A stretch of DNA of 64,000 nt from contig NC_135260.1 of NCBI RefSeq assembly GCF_964204865.1, positions 13,888,001 to 13,952,000 on the forward strand. The letters run 5' to 3'. Under the pieces are notes generated by a model. The model had not been told where the DNA came from, did not search any database, and saw only the letters and a list, made by a program, of their open reading frames with translations. Shown piece by piece: positions 35,502-48,198 of the stretch. This DNA is from Styela clava. Lineage: Eukaryota. The position numbers and the translations under genes are program-made. The number at the start of each line of letters is the position of its first letter. The stretch's first letter is position 1.

Positions 35502-37293
35502 ATGATAACGCCATTGTTTGAAATCACACAAGATGATATATTCCTGTATATCATGATTAAAGCTCCTTATTCCAAAGTATCAGAAGCAGATATTTACATA
35601 GAGGATGGAAGCTTTAGATTCCATGCAAAGCCATACTTTTTACGGCTCAGTTTTTCTGCTTCACTCACTGAAGATGACAGAGCAAGCTGTGTTTATGATG
35701 TTGAAAATGGAGAGTATAAACTAAAAATAGCTAAAACTGATCCTGGAACACATTTTGAAGATCTTGATATGTTGACCAAATTATTGACACCAGCAGGAGA
35801 GAGACAGGTAAAATATTTGTGCACGATCGACTTTTGAGAAAAAATGGATTCAAAGTGCGCGCTATGGTTCATAAAATACAATAAATATTTACAGTATCTA
35901 CTTCCAAATATGTCCAGGATTTCTAGCTCGGCAAGAGATGAGGTTTTACATTTGATGAAGATTTATCATTCTTGTCTGGAATAAGCAATTATTATATTTT
36001 AAGTTATCATATATCAGAATTTTAGTAAATTTCAGATAAATACATTGGCGGTTAAAATTCACAAAAATACAACTAAAACAAATCATTTCACATTGATATT
36101 TTGCACAGCACTTGTTTCAAATTTAATTGAATCTTCAACTAAATGTCTGTCTTTTTCTGAAAGTAATTATTGCTTTATTTATCTTCTCACTAGTAAAAAG
36201 CTGTCTATACTTTGTGCTATTATGTTCCTACTGTTTAATTAAATTAAAACTTTAAAATTCTCAGGTGAAGAAACCATTGATTGAAGTTATTGAGAATGAC
36301 GATAATGACGGAATCGGTGAAGATGATGAGCAGTTTGATTGGAGTTATCCTCAATTTCTTCCCAACAATGAACCAACAGAATCTTTGATCGGATGTGGAT
36401 ATGGATTTGCCAATTCGAAGTCTGGTGTATTTTCAAAACTTCAAGAAGACATTCACGATGTGATACAAATCCGAAATATAGAACAATCGTCTATAGAAAA
36501 CAGGAGTTCTGAAAGAGTTGAATATGAAAATGATAAATTCAATCCGGAACATTATTTAGCTGATTTATTCGAAGAAACAAATATTGAAGAATTAATCAAT
36601 TTGACTCCACCTTGGAAAACTGCTAAAGCTGATGGAATCAATTTTAGTGAGAAAGATAAATTTATTTTGAAGAATTTTCCGAATATAGAATATCTTCTTG
36701 ATAAAGTCCAAACGCAATCTGTTTATATGGGTCTTGTAGACATTTTATTCAGTTATGCTTACAATTGGAGATGTACGGAAGGTGATTACAGTGTGGAGTC
36801 ACCTTGGAATATAAGGACTGTAAGCACCACTTTATCATGGTGTGCTACTGATTCGCTTATTCACAAAACTTTAATAAACTCGTACAGACGATGCTTGATA
36901 TTTCCTCTGTATAGAAATTGGAAATTGACAAAGGCATGTCATAAGGATGTTGCAAAAATTTTGTCGAACGGCAAGAAGTTTATTTTAAAATGCTTATTGC
37001 AAATTCATGACTTATTTGCAAATAGCGATCCATATTATGTGCTCAATGATATCTATATAAGAGATTATTGCATTTGGATACAAAAGTCTGGACCTGATGT
37101 TATACAATCTTTATCCAAAGCTGTTAAAGAAGTGAAAATCAAGAAAAAAGAAGTTGAACTTGATCTCGTGGAGTTGGAAAAAGCCGCACATTTAATGTTG
37201 GAGGAACAAGAATCTGAGCAATCAGAACAGTCATTATCGGTAAAAGATTCTACAGATGAAATATCATGTAAAATTGAAGAATTAAAAATATGA
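35502..37293 (+). CDS. SHQ1: H/ACA RNP assembly factor SHQ1 (exons 35502-35807 and 36265-37293; 444 aa)
   Basis: N-terminal CS domain MITP.F...QD..F....PYFLRL, F.DLDMLTKLL; SHQ1 domain YGF, F.PEHYLAD, LVDILF.Y, ESPW.I...S.TLSW, RR.L.FPLYR.W; CAG|gtaa..tctcag|GTG phase-0 intron. Confidence 0.95.
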
Positions 37294-37935
37294 TTGGATA
37301 AAAGAAAGTCATGTCTGTGCTAAAGTGTCTGTGAATAGTGTGAACACTATGGAAACAAATTTGCTTCAGAACAGGCAGAGTCTCGAAGTTGGAATCACAA
37401 TTTATTGATGATTGTGGACCCCAGTGGCCACCTCCTCTTTTGGAAATTCGATGGCCCTTCAAAACCCTACTGAACACAGTTCAATGTCCGCGTGGTATAC
37501 CTTCATAATTATTCTAACGCTACTGATTTTTTTTCTCGGATTATGATATTTCTAACTGTGATAGAGCGGGCAATATATCACAACTCGGTGGACGCGTGCC
37601 GTGTGCTAGCCACCGCACCCCTGATTACCCCGCGTAAGAAAATATAAATCCTATCAAGGTCATAGCTGGCTCCAAATTTGGGATGGGGTGGGGAGACTGT
37701 TCTCTGCGACATACTTGCCAATAGATTCTACTGTTTGTGAAGTCTATCGCCCTCGTGGTAAGCACTTGCAATAGTGCATGAGAAATCCTCCTGCGTTCTC
37801 AAAGTGTCATAAATTGTGATATGTTTGAATTTAGTATAAACCTTTGGCAATTAATATTTGTGCTGCATGCCGGATTTCTAGATTGTGTGATTAATACATG
37901 TTCTCCCTGAAATGCGAAGTGCTCATGATATATAT

Positions 37936-38710
37936 CAGCGGTGGCCAACCTGCTTTCGACCGCGATTCACTAAATATTCAAAATTGTTCACGATCGACTG
38001 ACCGGTAATAGATCATACACAAAAACGAATGAGTACTGAATACATGCAGATAACTGCACACACGCATACAAAAAATTCAACCGCGGCTCTGTGTGCGCAT
38101 TCTTAACGAAATCGCCAAAAAAATTGCAATTTTATGTTCCATTCAATTTGATTATGTAATTGTACCCGGGGTAAATGTTTCATCGTTATTTAAGATTTAT
38201 TCAAATCAAACAATTCAGATCTGAGGCCTGCCTAATTTTTAATCATAAGTGTTAATATTTGCTCAAAAAACCTTGCCAAGTATGGATACTTTTATATCTT
38301 AACAGCGAAAAATAAATATACTCAAACCATAAATGTTACATTTACATGTCTACTTTAAACTTCAGCAACCTATCGAATTTACAATTTTCTCCAAATTCGA
38401 TTCTTCGCTCGTTTGGAATTAGAAATAGTTGGTCTTTCGGATCGACAGCGACAAAACTCGCATTTGTTACTTAATAATATGCTATATGGGGCTCCCTAAG
38501 ATTCGTATACTAGATGTGTATACCATGTGATGTGTATACCATGTTGTGCACATGTAGGCTACAGTACTGTATTTCTCCCGTTCTAAAACACACAACAGGC
38601 GCTGCATGAAACTGGTTCAAGGCAATTTTTGGGGCATGTTAATAAATTCATTCAACATCAGACGCGCTTGACTACTCGAGACGTAGCGACCGACATGTTG
38701 GCCACCCCTG
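37936..38710. mobile_element. Non-autonomous hAT element
   Basis: TIRs cagcggtggccaacctg / catgttggccacccctg (15/17); 8-bp flanks atatatat and atatttat (7/8). Confidence 0.78.
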
Positions 38711-39049
38711 ATATTTATTATAAAGTAATGATAATAATGAAAAATCACACTATTTCCAACTAATAATACAGGCAGGGGCGAATCGATGGCTTCAATAACG
38801 ATCTATTCCACAACCCCATTGCTCGCTAGCCAGGGAATTTCAATTTGTATCTTTGGTATTGCATATTTGGCGTTGCCTGCCATTCAAGGAAATTGTTTCA
38901 TTGGTACCTCATTCCCCGCGGCAAAACAGTAATGATGAAGCTTTTAAAAATTCCTTTCTTTCCGGAAGATTCCCGGCCTTACGTTTAGCGACGAAGAAGC
39001 ATGTGAATAAATATGGTTGAGCAATATTTGTAAGTAGGAATTTCTGCGA

Positions 39050-39655
39050 CAGCATAAGCTGTCGATAAAAAATTGAAGCAAACAAGCAATTAATGCTGGC
39101 ATATGGGTAAAGTATAAGTTCGTTATTACCGCTGGAGAAGCAGTCTCCTAAATGTTGTTCAAATCATTGCTACATCGATAGGCACTTGACGTTAAAACTA
39201 TGCCAGAAAGGAGGTCGAAAAAGTGATTTGGATATTGTTCTCAGCGATATCATAAAAAGTGTTAGTTTTGTTTAACCTTTTAAGAAACTGAATGTTTTCA
39301 AAACAATCAGATGAATTGGGGCTATTATGTCATGCTGAAGTAGGCTGGTTATCAAGAAAAAATGTTTTGAAACGAGTGTTCCATGTATGAAAAGAGCCGC
39401 CTTGCAAAATTGTCTTGTCCAACTGCAGTATTCAAAATTACAAATCAGGTAAAACAATCGATGCAAGGTAAAAATGTTATATTATTGGAGCTAGTAGCAA
39501 GATGTAAGATTACAAATTGGAAGTGGTGGCAGAATAATGTAGCAAAATGTGATTTTGCAGATTTCGAATGTATGGGCCATTCCATTAAGACTTGTGTCTC
39601 GAATAGTATCCTTGAAAATTGTGATGTAGGGTCACAAATGAGTGTTTTATTTTAG
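39050..39655 (+). pseudogene. hAT (Charlie/Buster-like) transposase remnant
   Basis: LLCHAEVGWLSRKNVLKRVF at about 39322-39381 resembles the LL.HTEVRWLSRG.VL.R motif; HC.LHR.AL..K.MP trace upstream and QG.N...KI....W downstream; many stops and frameshifts. Confidence 0.65.
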
Positions 39656-40755
39656 TTTTATCAATTTAGACTTCAGTATTATACAAAAAAATTTATTGGA
39701 ATATCAAATTTACCGTTCACCTTTTTTATGTGTCGTGCAACCTAATTATATTTGCTCATTAGTAATTATTAACTGACATTGCAAATCAGCCCGCAGAGTC
39801 GCACTTTTAAAAATACCCACATGTTCCCTAGGAGTCGCCAAAATCCAGGTACTGTGATTTTCAGTTCTGGATGCCTTCCCTATACTGTTGTGCGGAATGT
39901 ATGATGAGAAAGCATACTGTAGTGTTTAGAACTTTAGAACAGCCATTATGGAATGCTTGTACCAATGTAACAACATTTTTGGAGAGCCATAGTCTGTCTA
40001 TAGGTTCCTCCGGTGGTGTCATATCTTGTACAGGTGTATAGCGGGTTAGCTATATTAATTGATTTTATACTTTTACAGTTTCTAGTTTAAAATATGAGTA
40101 GCAACAGATTGGTGGTTCTGTAGTAATTCACATGACTCCAAGTTATGGCCTTGACTGCTGCAGAAAGAAAACGCAGATCAAGATCGAAGCGAAAACTAGA
40201 AAACCCAGCAAGGGAACAAGAGCAGAAAAGAATACATATGCAGCGTTATCGCCAAAATAAAAAAAGGAAATTTAATTTGCTGTCTCCATTAGAACAAGCT
40301 AAACAAAGAAACATAGAAAGGAAAAGGGAGCGTGACATTAAACGTAAACAGAGAAGAGCGAAAAGTGCTGAAAAACAACTAAAAATATCTTTTGAATCCC
40401 GTTGTGGCAGCAGAAGTGCTAAGTCCAAGGCCATATAAAGGGCCAAAAAAGCGTTGTCATCCAGTCAAGCGGAACTATATGATTTAATTAAGACCCGTAC
40501 GGTTGAAGTTACTGATGGCCAATCATTCAAAAGTGCATTTGACATACTCCAGTCACGAATATCAATAATTTACAAATCAAAAATTGAAAAACACCTGGCA
40601 TTACACAACAGTAAAGCAAAATTTGATTCTGCTAGGCCTCTTGTTAGGATTTCACATCACATTCAAATGGAAAATCACCAACCTTGGGTGTTTTTTTTAA
40701 CAGATCAGATGTTGGCGTTGGCTTAAAATTATTAACGAGTTAAATTGAGTATTGT

Positions 40756-41504
40756 TGATCGGTATGGTGAATATCTGTGGCACACACTCCCTGACTTCAA
40801 TCAGCCAGTAGCCTATTTGTTGTGCCAGGAATCCTTCTGATAAGTCAACGATGGGAGCTTGCCTTCTGGGTTTGGATACGCTTAACCTGACTGCCGCTGA
40901 AATTCCAATGCACTAAACCAGACACAGTTCCGAATCGAACTTGTTTTATTTTACCACTCAACATAAAGTGCTATTGTGGCCACTCGTGTAAGGTCAGGTG
41001 ATTTAAAAATAGTTTGGACTGCAACGCAACCAAATCCTACTTAATCAGATATACATATGTAACTAAATGCAAAAATAAATACAGTTTTAAGTACAATCCT
41101 AATAACTTTATCCCTATTTCAACACATGTCTACATAAAACACAACCCTAAGTTCCCTAAAATACAACCCTAAGTTATTATTGAATCTACAACAAAAACGT
41201 GCGGCCCTTTTACCAGTGCTGATAAACCAAGAGACTGTTGCAACAACAGGTTGCCACAATATGCACCATATACCAATTACGAATGGGCACTAGATTGCAA
41301 TCAGAAAGTATTATGTCAATTGAATGCGAGTCATCAAAAATGGATACTAAGTCTATACCTAAAACAGTTCTAAATAAATGAAATAATATACAAATACCAA
41401 TGTGCAGTGACTAAATACATCAGAATATTTGCATAAGAAAAGCAATATGTGGCAACACTATATGCACTGCCTTATTAGGAATGAAACGGCAATCATCCTC
41501 AACA
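40756..41504 (-). repeat. 3' LTR
   Basis: Direct repeat of 47450-48198. Confidence 0.97.
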
Positions 41505-41681
41505 CACCGGCCCCAATCATTTTGTTCACAAAATTATTTTAAACAATGAGGATGATTTATCCAACAATCGAACACAATGAAAACATGCAATAAAATAACA
41601 TACTGAGAACATGAAATGAAACAACATATACAAAAAAATGACCTGGACCACTGAACATGTTTGGCAATAAAGGACAGAAGC

Positions 41682-44600
41682 TTAAGCAGCTTCAAGTAGG
41701 CAGAGTTTCCTAACATCACGAACTAGATCCGAATTCCTAGTATGAACCTTAACCCTCCTAACCATCCCATCCTTATCGGGAAATACCTCAATCACTCTAC
41801 CCTTGGGCCAAACGCCGCGCGGAGTATCGTCGCCATACAGAAGCACAATGTCACCCACTTTCAAATTTCTCTCAGGAAAGAGCCATTTCTGTCTCTTTTG
41901 CAATAGCGGTAAATACTCCTTTGTCCAGCGATTCCAGAATCGATCAAGACTGAGCTGGACATGTCTCCAATTTTCGCGAAACTCGTCACCGCGCGTAAAC
42001 TTATCGGGAGCAATAGAGGGATCAAGATTTCCAGTCAAAATGGAATTTGGTGTCAGAACCTCCAAATCCCTTGCATCATCACTAATAGGTGTCAATGGGC
42101 GATCATTCAGAATTCTTTCTACCCCAGTCAGCATGGAGATGAGCGAAAAATCAGTAAATGTTCATGATTTAGCACAAATCGCATAAAGAACTCTTTTTGC
42201 CTCCCGGACCATTATCTCAACCAAGCCATTCTGGTGAGGTGCTAAAGGCGGTTGAAAATCCCACTGAATTCCATGTTGTGACAGAGAATTTGAAATTTGA
42301 CTCTGATTCCACTTACAAATCCCCTCAGCAAGAAGTCTCTCACCAGCCACAAAGTTTGTGCCATTATCTGAAATTACATGGGATGGTTTTGAACGCCTAT
42401 CACAAAATCGAAAAAAGGCCTGCAAAAATGCAGATGCATCAAGTGATTCCGAGACCTCAATATGAACAGCCCTAGTGACTGAACAGGTGAATATGCATCC
42501 ATACCGCTTGTATTCCTTACGTCCCAATTTGACTTTCAATGGGCCAAAGTAATCTACAGCAGTGTGATAGAAAGGAGTGCGACCACCCAGAACACGCGAC
42601 TCTGGCAGAGGAGCCATCCACTGTGAACCAGGTCTACTCGCCCTCAACTTGCACAATTTACAAGCATTTAGCACCTTACGAACTTCCGCCTGTCCACAAA
42701 GAATCCAAAATTTTTCCCGCACAGAGGAAAGAGTGTGCAATGTACCAGAATGACCATTTTGCCGATGATAATACTCTATTATCAATTTTGTTACATGATG
42801 ATGAGGTGGTAATATTATTGGATGCTTCTGCTCCGGTGATAAATGTGAGTGTCGAAGACGGCCACCCACCCGCAAAATATCATTGTCTAAAAATGGGCTA
42901 AGTTTAATGAGAGCCTTAGAATGTGGTGATGTAGGCAACTTAGAACCACTGCTCAAGTAGTCTGGTCCGTCATGTACACGCTCACTAAAATATTCGAGCT
43001 CTGGAGAAAACGATTCAATTTGGGCCAACTTGCAGATCTGAATAGTTGCTACACTAAGTTCCGTAACAGTTAAATCTCCAGTCATTGGAGAGTCATTTGA
43101 TCGACAGGTTTTCCACAAAATAAAAAACTTAAAACGCAACATCCATGCAATTGTTCTCGACAATTTTTCCCACGTTGAATAGCGATTAATTAACTCAGGA
43201 AAATACTGGGATCTCTTTTGAACTTCAACAAGATTCACCTTAATTTCACAATGTAAATCGGAATTAGTTGGTATGGTATCTGACACTGATGAAGTGCCAG
43301 GCCATGAAACACTTTGTTGCCACAAAAAACTCGGACCTTGAAACCATAATTTTGCCTTATCCAGCTTATCTGGCATAAGGCCACGAGAAGCGATGTCTGC
43401 TGGATTTTCATTTGTTGGAACATGAGACCACTGCGACACATCAGAGATTGATTGAATAATATTAACCCGATTGGCTACAAAAGTCTTAAAGCGCTGTGAT
43501 CTACTATTCAACATCTGCAACACAGTCATCGAGTCTGTCCAATAACAAGTTTCGTGTATCTCATAGTCTAGTGCATTTGTAACAGAATGCGCAAGTTCTG
43601 TGGCAACGACTGCCGCCGTCAATTCTAGTCGTGGAATTGTCACTAGCTTCTTGGGGGTAACACGCGCAGTACCCTTTACAAATGCACAGTGAACCTCGCC
43701 GGATTCGTTCTCCAACCTAAGGTACGCTACTGCACCGTAGCCCACTCTACTTGCGTCGCAAAAACAGTGAAGCTGCACATTCGCCGCCTCAAATCCTTCC
43801 GGTTTGTAGCAACGTTGTATAGTCAACTCCCTCAAACTAGGCAAGGTGCTGATCCATTTCTCCCAACCATCATACAAGTCTCCCTCGACAGGATCATCCC
43901 ACGAGTAACCCAAAAAACACAAATCCTGCAAAATGCGCTTTGCGGGAATCAAAAACGGTTGAATAAACCCCAATGGATCATATACCTGGCCAAGCATGCT
44001 GAGCATGCCACGGCGCGTTGAGGGTCGAAACTCAATTTCCACCCGAACCTTGAAGACATCGTGCACCATGTTCCAATAAATTCCCAGCGTACGTTCCGTC
44101 AACTCTGTACTAAAGTCAAGCGCTTTCGTTGCGGTTGAGCGATCCGCCTCGGGAATCGCTTCCATTACTTCAATTTTATTACAAGCAAACTTTGTAAGAC
44201 AGAACCCACCCGATGCGAGTAATTCGATCAGCTGATTTATCAATTGAAGTGTTTCATCGACGGTACGTTTCGACTTCACACCATCATCAACGAAAAAACT
44301 GCGTTGCACTGTCTGTATCGTTTCCAGATCAGCATTCGTTAGATTGTCATCAGCGACACGTTTCAACACAAATGACGCAATCGAAGGACTCGACGTCGCG
44401 CCAAAAACATGCGAACACATTCGCAGATCAATAGGTTTCTTTCCCAAGTCGTCATTCGGATACCACAGAAAACGCATCGCATCACGATCTCGACTGTCCA
44501 GAATAACACGTAAATACATTTCGCGCACATCACAAATAAAGGCAACCGCTTCCTCGCGAAACCGCAGTAGAATACTCACCAAATTCGTATTTAGGTCTGG

Positions 44601-47408
44601 ACCTGAAAGTAAATTCTTGTTAAGTGAAGTGCCGCCGCACTCCGCACTGCAATCGAAAACAACCCGGAACTTGGCCCCAGTAGAGTGGTGTGGCATATAC
44701 CAAGTCCTACCCAGAGACCCAGGATCACCCTCAGGCACTATTTCCGCATACCCCTTGTCTAAGTAATCATTAATTTTGGACTTGTATTTAAAAAATAAAT
44801 CAGGGTCCCTAATGAATTTTCGTTTTTGGGACTCTAATCTTTTCACTGCCATTTGACGATTGTTTGGAAGTTTAATATTTTTATCTTTCCATGGAAGAGC
44901 AACTTGGTACCTCCCATTTACTTTTACTGCAGTGTCATTCATCACTACAAGAGCTTTCTTATCATCTAGGGAATGTTCAGTGGTGAAGGGATCACAATCT
45001 AAATCTATAAAATCATGACCACAAATTTTGCACAAAAATTGATCAGTATCACATGCACACACAGTATTTAGACGAGGACATGAAACATCACTTACACTTT
45101 CACAACTGCTATGAGACATAGTTCTGTCAGGACCGAAAAGAGCCCAACCAAATACTGTCCTGTGAGCAGCGGGAAACTTTGCCTTTTGATCACAAAGCCT
45201 AATTTCAGAAATGGGATGATTGGCTAACACTTCAGCACCAATCAATAAATCAACCTCACTAGATCCTAGCACAGGAAATTCCAAATCACCCAAATGAGGA
45301 TATTTCTGCAACACATTAGCAGTCGGGATAGAACTCTCTAAATTGGGTAAATTAATTGCCAAAACATTGGGAATGTCAACAACCCTTTCCGAATCACAAC
45401 CTTTTACTTTCAGTGAAACTGTTTTACCACTGTGTAATTTACTACCATTCGCTGTTGCGAGCATACAATCTTCAGGTTTACCCTCAATACCCAATTTTGC
45501 AAGTAAATTGTGGGAGCACAAGGATCTGGTAGACCCTTCATCTAAAAAGGCATAAGTACACACAGCATCAGAAGCACCATTGCTGGTAACCTCTACAGGT
45601 ACAACCTTAAGTCTAACAAAATTTTGAATATTTTCCGAACAATTAACATTTGCGAAATAAGCACCGGCCCCATTTTCTTTCTTGGGGGCAGACACATTAT
45701 TTTGAGAATTAGCATTGCTAGAAAAATGAGCACCAGTGGTTGGTGGCTTCTTTTGATCAACATGTAATAAACTGTGATGTAATTTACCACAGCCATTTAC
45801 TTGACACACATATTTAGAAGGACAATTATTTGCACGATGAGAACGATACAAGCAATTAAAGCAAAGATTATTTCGTCTCACCATTTCGGCGCGATCATTA
45901 ACACTTCTCCCTTTAAACTCGACACAGTTGTGTAAAGCATGATTTCCTTGACAGTCCACACACTTGTACTGCAAATCAGCTACCTTGGGTCCTGGAGTCT
46001 TCTCTTGGGTATTGGTGACTGCATACGATGTGGTTCTTGTCATCCTAGGTTTGGTGACTCGAATAGTTGATTTCTGTTTGGCAGAATTCTTGGTCACAAT
46101 CCGACCATAAAATGTAGTAGTTAGCTGCGCTTTCTTCACCACAAATGCAACCAAGTGTGAAAATGTAGGAAGTTTACTGTCATCAAATTGGTCCGCATAC
46201 TTTCGTTGCAAGTACATGGGCAGACGTGAGAATACACGCTCAAGATTTTCATAGCCATCCATGAATGAATTTGCATTCCATTCACTAAGCACAATCTCAC
46301 AATTACGCAGTTGAGTGGCCAACTTGCAAAGTCCTTGAGTGTCATCGTCCATAATCTTGGGACCATTTGTTACCTCTTTACTTGTAGCTTCAATTACCAC
46401 AGTTCGGTTACCAAACTGTTCATGTAAGGTTTGCCACGCCATCTGATAGCCCTTGCTTGGTGGCGACACTAGTACTAAATTCTTGATGGCATCCTTTGCG
46501 ATGCCAGAACACAATTGAATCAGCTGTGCAAGCTTTGTCTCAGGCGCATGTTGGTGACAATGAATGTTAGTCTCAAATGACTTCATGAAGGCATGGAAAC
46601 GCAGGGGATTTCCATCAAACTCCATCAGTTCCACTTTGGGCAATCCCATGCCAACTTGACGATTGCCACTTTCGTATGAATTTACTACTGGCTGATGCGC
46701 ACCAGTAGCAAGTGTTGACACAGATGGTGCAAAACCGCCCTGAACGACACCTCCACTGCCATATGAATTTACTACTGGCTGATGCGCACCAGTAGCATGT
46801 GTTAACACAGGTGGTACAGAACCGCAGCTCTGCAGCACTCCTTCCCTTGCATATGAATTTACTACTGGCTGATGCGCACCAGTAGCATGTGTTAACACAG
46901 GTGGTACAGAACCGCAGCTCTGCAGCACTCCTTCCCTTGCATATGAATTTACTACTGGCTGATGCGCACCAGTAGCATGTGTTAACACAGGTGGTACAGA
47001 ACCGCAGCTCTGCAGCACTCCTTCACTTGTAATAGGGGAAGATTCCCAAACAACAGTAGATTTTGAAGGCTCACGAACCATATGTGCGTGACCTACATCT
47101 GAAGCATATTGTCTCATTGGTAGTTGGTGAACTGTTTCATCAGAAGAAAAATGCAATCTCGTGAGATCCACTGAGTCGCCATGTCTGGACGAAGTCCCTG
47201 ATGAACTAGCCTTTAGAAGTAGCTCAGCCTTCTTCTTCTTCGCTTCTGTCATTGCTGTTTCTATTTTTTCTCTTAACAATTCTTCTTGAGCTTCAAGAAG
47301 CATTAGTTCTGCCTGGAGGCACTTTGATGATGTTGATGAAAGTCTTGTTTTCGCTGAGCTAGATGAATGCGTGGAAGCAACTTCAGAGTATTGTATATTT
47401 TTCGCCAT
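41682..47408 (-). CDS. BEL/Pao Gag-Pol polyprotein (Gag, protease, RT, RNase H, integrase) with one in-frame TGA at 42162-42164
   Basis: Triple Cys/His knuckles (CVDC..H....C, CFNC....H....C, C....C...HH.LLH), FLDEGS protease, RVVFDCS/FGATSSP/FVDD RT, FCDAS..PRLEL..WTDS RNase H, H..H..CKLC and VDYFGP/SDNGTNF/GLVE integrase. The 1748-aa and 150-aa ORFs are in the same frame. Confidence 0.95.
46675..47024 (-). repeat. 90-bp coding tandem repeat in gag (3 near-identical units plus 1 diverged)
   Basis: EGVLQSCGSVPPVLTHATGAHQPVVNSY(AR) repeated; the DNA unit recurs at 46801, 46891 and 46981. Confidence 0.95.
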
Positions 47409-47449
47409 AATCCACCCGTAGTCGGGTACCGTGTACTATTTTTAAATGA

Positions 47450-48198
47450 TGATCGGTATGGTGAATATCTGTGGCACACACTCCCTGACTTCAATCAGCC
47501 AGTAGCCTATTTGTTGTGCCAGGAATCCTTCTGATAAGTCAACGATGGGAGCTTGCCTTCTGGGTTTGGATACGCTTAACCTGACTGCCGCTGAAATTCC
47601 AATGCACTAAACCAGACACAGTTCCGAATCGAACTTGTTTTATTTTACCACTCAACATAAAGTGCTATTGTGGCCACTCGTGTAAGGTCAGGTGATTTAA
47701 AAATAGTTTGGACTGCAACGCAACCAAATCCTACTTAATCAGATATACATATGTAACTAAATGCAAAAATAAATACAGTTTTAAGTACAATCCTAATAAC
47801 TTTATCCCTATTTCAACACATGTCTACATAAAACACAACCCTAAGTTCCCTAAAATACAACCCTAAGTTATTATTGAATCTACAACAAAAACGTGCGGCC
47901 CTTTTACCAGTGCTGATAAACCAAGAGACTGTTGCAACAACAGGTTGCCACAATATGCACCATATACCAATTACGAATGGGCACTAGATTGCAATCAGAA
48001 AGTATTATGTCAATTGAATGCGAGTCATCAAAAATGGATACTAAGTCTATACCTAAAACAGTTCTAAATAAATGAAATAATATACAAATACCAATGTGCA
48101 GTGACTAAATACATCAGAATATTTGCATAAGAAAAGCAATATGTGGCAACACTATATGCACTGCCTTATTAGGAATGAAACGGCAATCATCCTCAACA
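47450..48198 (-). repeat. 5' LTR
   Basis: Direct repeat of 40756-41504 (offset 6694); minus-strand AATAAA at 47644-47639. Confidence 0.97.

Larger units (their letters stand above)
40756..48198 (-). mobile_element. BEL/Pao LTR retrotransposon, full length, very recent
   Basis: 749-bp LTRs (TG..CA) with no difference found by eye; 5-bp TSD attgt (40751-40755, 48199-48203); PPT-like ggggccggtg before the 3' LTR; single gag-pol frame. Confidence 0.97.

Noticed and set aside
40753-40755. LTR boundary at TGT 40753 (752-bp LTRs)
   Set aside because: It gives a mismatch between LTRs and no TSD; the 40756/47450 boundary gives matching LTRs and a perfect attgt TSD.
41803-45555. Plus-strand ORFs of 68-140 aa inside the retrotransposon
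   Set aside because: Antisense shadows of the pol frame with no independent motifs; no env-like ORF is present.
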